Assembly: GCA_009859145.1 (NCBI GenBank)
Contig: VRVR01000032.1
Span: 276,402-301,874 of the forward strand
Origin: Andalucia godoyi And28
Taxonomy: Eukaryota; Protista; Jakobida
Direction of reading: 5' to 3'
DNA: 25,473 nucleotides
The notes beneath the pieces were generated by a model. It was not told the DNA's origin and ran no database searches. It was given only the letters and a program-made list of their open reading frames with translations. This document shows, piece by piece, positions 1 to 8,178 of the stretch (position 1 is the first letter of the stretch; every line of letters begins with the position of its first letter). The position numbers and the translations under genes were made by a program.

Positions 1-525
1 GCCGGCCTCTAAAGAATCCTCGGTAATGAGGCGAGCCAGAACAAGACTGGTGAATGCAACGACCATGACGACCGTCGACTTGACAACGATCCATCCCATC
101 AAGATGTTCTCTGCGCGCCATTTCACTTGCACGTATTCAAAGCACTCCAGGAACCGGTAGATGGAACCATTCGACATCGTTACACGGTGCCCATCATCTT
201 GAATCGACAGTCTAATCTCTTCATAAAAATTCTTTTGATTGGGAATGGTTGTACCGCTCATGCTCTTGGGAACGCCATAAAACCGAGCCGCATACTCGAG
301 AATGGTGTAGTTGCGATGCGAGAACCTTCGTTTCAGAAACCATAATCGAGTGCACGCGCTCGAAAAATTGGTATTTTCGGCAAAACGACAGCACGGGAAG
401 CATGACATGAGGAAACAGCAGCAAAAAGATGCGCCCGATGTGCACTTCCAAGTGTCGATCGGGAGACTCTGGTACCTTACATGTTTTGACGGTGAGCTCA
501 ATGCAACAGCATTGGAAATGGCCAT
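1..525 (-). CDS. Partial hypothetical protein running off the left edge; hydrophobic segment near the edge; true start uncertain
   Basis: Manual translation of the minus strand is stop-free from about 639 to 1; first in-frame ATG is at 525. The distal part is protein-like (LEYAARFYGVPKSMSG...FYEEIRLSIQDDG...ILMGWIVVKSTVVMVVAFTSLVLARL). It is absent from the ORF track, presumably because it has no stop inside the window. The Cys/Phe-rich upstream part may be non-coding. Confidence 0.4.
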   Translation of the reverse strand, partial: MAISNAVALSSPSKHVRYQSLPIDTWKCTSGASFCCCFLMSCFPCCRFAENTNFSSACTRLWFLKRRFSHRNYTILEYAARFYGVPKSMSGTTIPNQKNFYEEIRLSIQDDGHRVTMSNGSIYRFLECFEYVQVKWRAENILMGWIVVKSTVVMVVAFTSLVLARLITEDSLEAG

Positions 526-916
526 TCGTTGTTTTTGGCTGGATCCATGTAAGATTGTACGTGAAGAGGTGAGGGCACTGGTATGCTGGTTGATGTTTCG
601 TCTTTGGAGTGGATCTTCGCCGACAATGTCAATCAAGACTCAAGAGTGAAGAGTCTTTTTCAGTCAATGTGCAGATGATAACAATAGCACATGCTGAATC
701 CAATCAACGAAAAAAAAATTTACATCACTCCATTCCCAGTTAACTCTTGCAAACGTCCAATGGATAAACATCGCTGAACATCATGCGCAGGTAAAGACAA
801 CAGGTCTTCTCCGAAGAAGAAGCAACTCGGTTGTTGCGCAACATTTCACGAAAGATCTGTGCAGCCTGGAGCAGAATTGACACTGCAGTAAATGGTAAAA
901 GGGAAGAAGAACCCCA

Positions 917-2974
917 TCACTCAGAAAATTGGTAATCCCATCGGTTGAGTATAAAATGGAATATTTCGGATGACCGTTCTTGAGCAGTCTCAAATGTCCA
1001 GTTTCGAAACCGGGTCAGTTCTCTTTCCATTAAGATATCGGAATGCTCGTAAGTGTAAGAAATTGTTCCTGAGCATTTTTGATGAAAAGGATGGCGAGAC
1101 AACAGAACATTTCCGCGCGAAATGACTAAATTTCCCAAATTTTGAACATTCTTGTTGGGATGATTCCAATGCTCCCACCCCTCCAGCCTGGAAGAAAATG
1201 CAGACTGAGGGCATATGTGCTCCACAGAATACTTGAACTTATTGTGAAATGCGGACGACGGCCATAACACAGATTGTTCAGGATTCGCTCCATAACTGGA
1301 ATACAGGCTGTACTCGTATTCGAACAACAAATACCGTAACAAAGGAAAGAAGTCCTCACTCAAATCATGTTCCGGTTTGGAAAAAAAGTTGGAAAAAAGG
1401 TCATATCCACCCTTTTCAACAGTCTTTTTCACAAATTCTCGAAGATCTGTCAGCGTTTGGGTATCATCTCGAGAACCTTCGAAATATTTTCGAGCAATCG
1501 ACGCAAAACGCTTCTTTCCAGTGCCGGAATTGCGAACACCTGGAGCGTATATTATAAATATGGCTCTCTCCAGCTCCTGCATAACTCGGATAAAAAAGGA
1601 GGGGCTTGACTGGGTTTCAACAGTCCTGCAAAATACCGAAATCAGAAGTGGAAGAACAAGTGAAGGTCTTGAGAGACGCTTCAACTTGTCAAACCAGAGC
1701 ATCAATGTCGACTGAAACTGGCTCCACTCTTCATCTGTCTGCACAGCCTCAGTCCTGAGTGGAGAAATAGAAGACAGAAAAAGGCGCCGGAATTCTAGAT
1801 CCTCCTCGTTATCGCCAACAGCAGCACAAAAGAAGGCGACAAAAGCATTCAAACCGATCTGGATGGTGCGCAGAAACTTTGTCAACGATTCGATACTCGA
1901 CAACATTGCCGCAGGCTCTCCTGGATGGAACCTGTTGGATCCACAAATCTCTTTCAAATTCCAAATGAGGGTTTTGGACTTGGTCTGCGAACTGAGAGTT
2001 CCTTCGCATACAAAAGAAAGAAACGCCACTTCGTGGTCAAAGGAGGATTTCTTCATCATTGGAAATCGTGAGAATATGAGTTCCCAGGTATGCAACACGC
2101 CGTGACAAAGCCCATGACGATGCATTGGATCCGGATGCTTGCTGAACATGTATAGAAGAAAGTTTTTGACGAGATCTAACTGAGACAACGGAACTCCGCG
2201 ATTGTTTAGAACCTCAAAGAGCCGCCCTGCGGCTTCTGCAGACTCGACAATGTTCAGAGAGAATTTCACACGAATCCGAATTGTATTCTGAAGATGTAAT
2301 ATGAAAGTCCGGAATCCACTGAGATCGTTTTGAAATGTTTGTGACTGTGCTGTGGTCAGTCGCTCATCGAAGAATGCAAAAGCCGAGTTGATGAGTCGAA
2401 CAGCAGGGATTTCTCGATAAAGAGCAAGATCTTCCATATCCATTTCCAGATCATCCTCAGTTGTGTGCTGCAAGGGACTCGAAACAGAAGCAGCATCCTG
2501 GATAACTTCAGGGTCTGCTCCAATACTAACATTAGATGGTAATGAGGTCGTGATTCCAGACAAACTGAGTCGAAAAAAATCTGCGAGATTATGGTTCAAC
2601 TGGATTCGAGAAAACTGGCGATCCGCGGTATCATACCAAAATAATTTGTTGTCGATGTCAATTCTCAGTGGATCCGAAAGATCGAGAAATTTTCGGATAG
2701 AAGCTAAAACCACAGCACAGCATGTAAGGCGTTGTTGCCCATCAACAACTTCAAAACACTGAACATCAGTTTGAAAGCGATCTTTTTGAGTACCGGTTTT
2801 TGAAAGGTACACTGCACCCATCAAATAAGGTTCATCTTGGCAGTTTATGTCATTCCAGAAGTCCATGAGTTGCGAATCGCCCCAAGCAAAACATCGTTGA
2901 TAGTCTGGGATCCTCAAGATTGCGTTCTGAAGAATATGATCGAAATTCTGAACTTGTGACTGAAAGGAAGCCAT
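917..2974 (-). CDS. GmrSD-family (type IV restriction-like) protein: N-terminal DUF262 (ParB/Srx-fold NTPase) plus C-terminal DUF1524 (HNH nuclease)
   Basis: DUF262 motifs IPDYQRxFAW (IPDYQR at 2894-2911), VVDGQQRLT (DGQQR at 2729-2743) and LFEVLNNRGVPLSQLDLVKN. DUF1524 motifs SVEHICPQ (EHICPQ at 1205-1222), NLGNLVI..GNxLLSRHPFHQK and a terminal WTFETAQERSSEIFHFILNRW helix. The track start at 2995 is TTG; the first ATG is at 2974 (685 aa). Confidence 0.9.
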   Translation of the reverse strand: MASFQSQVQNFDHILQNAILRIPDYQRCFAWGDSQLMDFWNDINCQDEPYLMGAVYLSKTGTQKDRFQTDVQCFEVVDGQQRLTCCAVVLASIRKFLDLSDPLRIDIDNKLFWYDTADRQFSRIQLNHNLADFFRLSLSGITTSLPSNVSIGADPEVIQDAASVSSPLQHTTEDDLEMDMEDLALYREIPAVRLINSAFAFFDERLTTAQSQTFQNDLSGFRTFILHLQNTIRIRVKFSLNIVESAEAAGRLFEVLNNRGVPLSQLDLVKNFLLYMFSKHPDPMHRHGLCHGVLHTWELIFSRFPMMKKSSFDHEVAFLSFVCEGTLSSQTKSKTLIWNLKEICGSNRFHPGEPAAMLSSIESLTKFLRTIQIGLNAFVAFFCAAVGDNEEDLEFRRLFLSSISPLRTEAVQTDEEWSQFQSTLMLWFDKLKRLSRPSLVLPLLISVFCRTVETQSSPSFFIRVMQELERAIFIIYAPGVRNSGTGKKRFASIARKYFEGSRDDTQTLTDLREFVKKTVEKGGYDLFSNFFSKPEHDLSEDFFPLLRYLLFEYEYSLYSSYGANPEQSVLWPSSAFHNKFKYSVEHICPQSAFSSRLEGWEHWNHPNKNVQNLGNLVISRGNVLLSRHPFHQKCSGTISYTYEHSDILMERELTRFRNWTFETAQERSSEIFHFILNRWDYQFSE

Positions 2975-3419
2975 GATGCGTGAGGAAAGACACAAAATTT
3001 TGGCTCAGTCGGAACTTGGTCGAGAACATACAATGGGGAAGCGAGCCCGCAAAGGGGAGCGATTTTCTAACCATTCAAAGCTTCTCTCAGCCATGGACTC
3101 GTTTTTCCCACCGAGCCGTTGGGTGCAGGGGTCAGGGAGCTGGGGATGAAGGTCGGATGCGGAGTGCCCGAGGAAGCGCAGGATCTTTCATTTGTAGCGC
3201 ATGTGTGGTGGACCAAGCAGATTGCGAGGAACTTGAACCTGGATCCCGGAGCGCGAAGCGGATGCACGAGCAGATCAACTCCAACTCATGCAAAGACCGA
3301 ATCTGTGAGTTTGTGTTCTCCAGTGGCATCCATTCTTTGCTTTTCTGCGGATGCTTTTGCTTCTTATTTGTGTGTTTCAGAAATTGCTGTTGCTGGTTTT
3401 TTGAATTGTGCAGTCTGCA

Positions 3420-5390
3420 ATGAGCCATTCGAAAGTGCGTGTTGACGGCCTCGTGCTCTGTGCGCTTGCTGAAGAAGCTCGTCATTTTGCAGACGTTGCT
3501 CGAGAAACATACAAGAATTTTCGAAATTCCAGCGAGACTGCGGGGAACATCAATTACGTACTGCTGGAGATACCACAGAATGCAACCCATACTCGCTCAG
3601 AAGGGGGTCAACGCAGTGACCGTGTGGTGCGCCTTGCAGTCGTGACATGTTTCCGCGAAGGTGGTGGAAATTGTGCTTCGTTCCTAATGTCAACCATTCA
3701 GCAAGAGTTTGATTTTGACTGCGTCCTTATGCCAGGAATCTGTGCCGGAGCTGAAGGCGAAATGCGGCTCGGTGATGTTTTGCTTGTTGAAAAGGCTGTG
3801 TCTGTGACTGAGCATGTGAAAGAGTCTCAGTCAGCTGACGGCACGCAGCACCATGCTGCAGACGTGGAACCGGTCACAGTGTCCGAGACGTTCCGTCAAA
3901 AAGCACGTGTTTTTGCCGATTCCAAGACGATAGTTGACGCTTTGCGACAGCGTCCTCTCCACCGGGATATTTCCTCGATGTGTCTTTACATTCTCAAGTG
4001 TTCACAGGAAGAAATGGGGCCGGTGGCTTTCGAAGAAGCGGTCACCACGAAAGCCCACGAACTCTGGGATCCACATAGTCTCTCGGTTTCTGTGGAAGAT
4101 GCACTGAATTTCGCGTTTATAAAACTGGAAAAAAACCGGTATGGGTTGTCCGACAATGAATCTGGAAGGTTCGTTGTAACTGACAAGGGAAACTCATTCT
4201 ACCAGGCCCATCTTGAAAAAGTGTCTTACATGAACAGGAGAAAATTCCCTTTCCACGATACTCCATTGGCATCCATTGTCTGTGGCACAATGATGACTGC
4301 TCCTGGAGTGCGGGCCGATCTCAGTCCGGAAGAGTTCGCTCGACTTCGATCCCTATTAGGAGCCCGGAAGGCCATGGGACTCGATATGGAGATTCATGAT
4401 GTGTACCGTGCCGCCAAGTCTCTTGGAAAGCAGTTTATTGCGGCCAAGGGCGTTTCGGATTTTGGAACGTCTTGGAAAGACGACATTTTCCACCCTGCAG
4501 CCTCTCGAAATTCAGCATTCGTCCTGCTAATGTTTGCATCATCGCATCTTGACTGCTCACAGCGCGGCACTTCCGCTGCATCTTCATACGCAATTCTCGA
4601 TGAAGTTCTGAAAGAAATTCGCGCCGGTTATGATTCCCAGCCACAGCGGTTGCTCTCTCTGGAGGCCCATCCTCACGTACTTCGTTATGCTGAGAACAAC
4701 AAGCTTGCTCAGCAGTATGTTGCAACTGTGGAACGACTCCAGAAAGAAAGCGCGGTTCTTCGAGATCTGCAGAATCGTTTCGGCGCGGAGCAGGAAAAGA
4801 TTCGAAAACAGGCACTGCAGGACTTAGGACTAGAGTCACTTCCAAAACAGCTGCAGAAGCCAACAAGGTATCTGAAGGATCTGTCCTACGGTACATATGT
4901 TTTGCAAAGTTCTGATTCTACTGGCAACCCATGCACCGTTGAGGTTCGTATCGAACCTATAGTTCGATTCTCCAGAGACAACGTGCTCAGTATTTTGAGC
5001 AAGGACGTTGCAAAGGAAGTTGTGATGAACTGCTGTACCAAGAGAATTGATATTCTGCTGGACGGAAAATCTGAACTGCTGCACTTGGGAGACGACGATG
5101 GCGGTGATGACGGTGACGACAACGACAACGATGATGAACTAACCAGTATGAATGACGCAGTTTCGAATGACTGGCGCAAAGAGACTGTGGAGGGCTCATC
5201 ATTCTGCGTTGGCTACTGGGTCAAGCCGTCTGATGACGGCAGGTACTTTCTGAAGATCTTGAAGACGGATTCACCTGCGGATTGCATCGATCATGTTGTG
5301 GATGAAGGCGCGCTGCAAGCTTTCGAAGCCCATGAAAGCAAAGGAACAGCGTACGGCAAGTTCATCAAAGGAAAGATGCCGCACCTCTAG
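3420..5390 (+). CDS. Purine nucleoside phosphorylase / MTA-SAH nucleosidase-fold (PNP_UDP_1) protein with a winged-helix-like insertion, a coiled coil and an unknown C-terminal domain
   Basis: PNP motifs in order: VLCALAEEA; VLMPGICAG..GEMRLGDVLL; VCGTMMT; GLDME (4377-4391); AAKGVSDFG..KDD.FH..ASRNSA. The track start at 3408 is GTG; the first ATG is at 3420. Confidence 0.85.
   Translation: MSHSKVRVDGLVLCALAEEARHFADVARETYKNFRNSSETAGNINYVLLEIPQNATHTRSEGGQRSDRVVRLAVVTCFREGGGNCASFLMSTIQQEFDFDCVLMPGICAGAEGEMRLGDVLLVEKAVSVTEHVKESQSADGTQHHAADVEPVTVSETFRQKARVFADSKTIVDALRQRPLHRDISSMCLYILKCSQEEMGPVAFEEAVTTKAHELWDPHSLSVSVEDALNFAFIKLEKNRYGLSDNESGRFVVTDKGNSFYQAHLEKVSYMNRRKFPFHDTPLASIVCGTMMTAPGVRADLSPEEFARLRSLLGARKAMGLDMEIHDVYRAAKSLGKQFIAAKGVSDFGTSWKDDIFHPAASRNSAFVLLMFASSHLDCSQRGTSAASSYAILDEVLKEIRAGYDSQPQRLLSLEAHPHVLRYAENNKLAQQYVATVERLQKESAVLRDLQNRFGAEQEKIRKQALQDLGLESLPKQLQKPTRYLKDLSYGTYVLQSSDSTGNPCTVEVRIEPIVRFSRDNVLSILSKDVAKEVVMNCCTKRIDILLDGKSELLHLGDDDGGDDGDDNDNDDELTSMNDAVSNDWRKETVEGSSFCVGYWVKPSDDGRYFLKILKTDSPADCIDHVVDEGALQAFEAHESKGTAYGKFIKGKMPHL
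5091..5138 (+). repeat. Asp-rich low-complexity coding tract (GAC/GAT/AAC triplets)
   Basis: gacgacgatggcggtgatgacggtgacgacaacgacaacgatgatgaa encodes DDDGGDDGDDNDNDDE. Confidence 0.8.
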
Positions 5391-5577
5391 GATCTCCTCG
5401 CGATGTGAGAAGGACTCCTCGCAGCCAATCGGTGGTTGGAGACTCCCTTTAATCATGGGAAGCATCCGGCACGAAGGAATAAACATTTCGGTTGAAAAGA
5501 AAAAAGAACAACAACGAAAACGAGAACTTTACACGACGCCGGACCGCTGCAGTGAGGTTCAATTGGAAGCCGGCTGC

Positions 5578-6726
5578 TCATTCCTCTTGAAACCTCCGGT
5601 ATTCCGAGGAACTCTGCAGCTCTAGTGGCACTGCAGCCGCCGACGTGGAGGCCTTCATTACCGCCTCCAGTCGTCGACGCAGCACCCAGCAGTAAAAGAA
5701 CATAGCAACCGCAGCGAAGGCAACGAACGCAAAGAGAATCTCGAAAGCCAGCGTGGTCTCGTCGGAATTGTCGGACGAGCGGGGCGGTGGAACGAAAGGA
5801 AGGGAAGGAGGGGGAACGACCTCTGTGACAGGCGTTGCACTGTCCAGAGTGACCACCCACGTGAAATCCGACTGACCTGGAGATACCATGGAGTAGTACA
5901 CAAGATTCTTGGTTGCATTGGCGTCCCAAAGCGAACACTCGGGTACCGTGCAGGTTGGCAATGTGAAAAGCGAAAAGTTCGTCGTCGGTGGTCGAGGTTG
6001 AAGCAGAAAGGACGCGGTGCCCTGACTCGACGAGATGACATTTCCAATGTGGATAAACTCTTCGGCAGCCGGTCGTGTGGATCCAGTTGCGTTATAGATC
6101 GAGGTGAGTTGTGTCTGATTGACGGTTGCAGAGCCACTCACAAATTCTCCAACCATATCCATTTTGAATGCAAGCAATTCGTTCCCAGACGAATAGGTCC
6201 AAGACGTGATATTGACGAACAGGTACACGGTGTCATCTTCCAAGGTGATATTTTGAAACTGTGCCTTCACGGGGGATGAGATGTACGTCACCGACAGGGT
6301 GCCCTTGGAAGGAATGTCAATGGTGGAAACGTACGGAATGAAGCCATATTGCGACGGACCCGAGTGCGGTGCAAATTGACTCCAATCCGCATACGCCACG
6401 TCGTACTTTTGAAACCCACTGCACGAATCCGGAGAAAAGGTCTTGTTGAAACCGCTGCAATCCGATGTACTGTACTCGATGACAGAAAGGAGTCCCAAGT
6501 GCACAGAGTAGGATGAGAAGTGTTGACGCGGAGCCTCGGGAACCGTGAAATGATCTGTGTCCACATCCAGTGTGAGATTGAGAACTCCCGAAACCGAATT
6601 TGCGGTGGAGGAAAAGGTGACGTGTGGGAACGATTCCGCAGGAGCGTAAGCAGCAATCGAAGGGATCACTTGGTCCATGATTTGGCGGTGCACAGACCGA
6701 ACATGGGCACGCGTGAGTGGCAACAT
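5578..6726 (-). CDS. Predicted type I membrane glycoprotein: beta-rich ectodomain, Pro-rich stalk, single TM helix, short cytosolic tail
   Basis: Many N-x-S/T sequons (NLT, NKT, NIT twice, NQT, NAT twice, NFS). Stalk VVPPPSLPFVPPP. TM segment LAFEILFAFVAFAAVAMFFYCWVL followed by RRR. No recognisable signal peptide. Confidence 0.75.
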   Translation of the reverse strand: MLPLTRAHVRSVHRQIMDQVIPSIAAYAPAESFPHVTFSSTANSVSGVLNLTLDVDTDHFTVPEAPRQHFSSYSVHLGLLSVIEYSTSDCSGFNKTFSPDSCSGFQKYDVAYADWSQFAPHSGPSQYGFIPYVSTIDIPSKGTLSVTYISSPVKAQFQNITLEDDTVYLFVNITSWTYSSGNELLAFKMDMVGEFVSGSATVNQTQLTSIYNATGSTRPAAEEFIHIGNVISSSQGTASFLLQPRPPTTNFSLFTLPTCTVPECSLWDANATKNLVYYSMVSPGQSDFTWVVTLDSATPVTEVVPPPSLPFVPPPRSSDNSDETTLAFEILFAFVAFAAVAMFFYCWVLRRRLEAVMKASTSAAAVPLELQSSSEYRRFQEE

Positions 6727-8178
6727 GGAATCAAAAAAGGACTGAAGCGCAGCCGATTGGAATCGATACTTGTTCGCCGTGGATCAAATTCTGGAGCTGT
6801 TGCGGTTCCATTCTGCATGCAAGAGGTGTGTCGAAGTAGGACTGGGGGGTAGTTGCTTGCGAATATTGCTTGAGAAAGAGTCTGACCAGTGCTGCAGAAG
6901 ACGTGGGCATCAAATGAATGAGTGCGTTCGAATGCTTTTTGATCTGCAAGGTACGGATCCTCGACATTCGGTGCGAGGCGCAGACCGCTTCCTGGGAACG
7001 TATTTCCACTTGTTATCTGAATTTATGACTGGATCTATCGCAGACGTCGTGCGGTTTTGATTGAGCGTCAGCCGAGTTTTTGGAAAGAAGAATTGGTATG
7101 GAATCCTGTGAATCCGAATATGGACTCGCAGGTGCCGTTGGAAAGGATATCTGAACGATCCGATCGTTTGGATCGTATGGAAAATTCTAATGTTATAGCC
7201 GTTTCATCCATGACGCAATAATGGTTATGGGCGGCCGCTGTTTGGCCCCCCGAAGTCACGAGGTTGATTCTTGACGACCATACATCCATACTTGAAAGGA
7301 TTTTACACTTTTGTTTGTTCTTTTGTATGCCACTGTAAATCACCGACCTACCTACCATGCTGACCAGAATTCATCTAAGTCCTGTACAAAGTACTCGTTT
7401 TCTGTTCCGTCCTGGGCACGTTACGTATGCGCTGCAGAAACTAGTCAAAATCTGCAGCCAGAAATCCTCGCCGTCGTCGCTTTTCTGTAACGATTAGCCC
7501 CGAAATTGAAAGGATTTGTTCGACTTTCAATACTAAATGCCTTGATTTATTCGAATCTTACAGCAAAGGGGGAGACTATGCTTTTCCCAAATTTGCATCA
7601 TTCTGGCGGTCCAACCTTTCATCCATCATTTAATTGAGGCACACCTGGGTACATATGAAGCCAGGCCATACCCTGCAAGTCGAAGAATGATACGAGGGAA
7701 CAAACAAGGCACACTTCAATTGGGTACGATTTTCCAATTACAGGGCGAAGAAGAGCACAAATGCCGTCAGCAAATCCCTTTTTCAAAGTTGACCACATTT
7801 CTCTCCCAATCTTCCTCAATAGCGATGATCCATTCTTCAGCATCGATATTCACTGTCAAGCACCTCATAAATTGATTCTCTTGCTGAAGCGGGTGCAGAA
7901 AATACATGATGGATTTCTCTTATTGGAAGGCCAGTCTTTGTAGAGGGATTTCGGCTCATCGTGCCCAACACAATGAAAATAAGGATCCATTAAAATTGGT
8001 CTTCATAGGGAGTGATGATCACTCAGAGTGCAACAAATACGTTTTGCTGAATTCAGCTCTGTTCCCATCTGTTACAGTGTTTTATTTTTGCGATTCAAGA
8101 GACATGGAAATCTTTTCAACACACCAAGTTGAGATTGCTAGGCTGCTCATTGATTTGTATTGTTGCTGCAACGTCAAA

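Noticed and set aside
490-560. HGSSQKQRMAISNAVAL resembling an ABC signature (LSGGQKQRxAIA)
   Set aside because: No Walker A before the upstream stop, no Walker B after it, and the spacing to the hydrophobic segment is far too short; likely chance.
7153-7176. Overlapping 7-bp inverted repeats (aacgatc-c-gatcgtt; acgatcc...ggatcgt)
   Set aside because: The stems are too short to separate from chance, and there is no U-tract or known RNA context.
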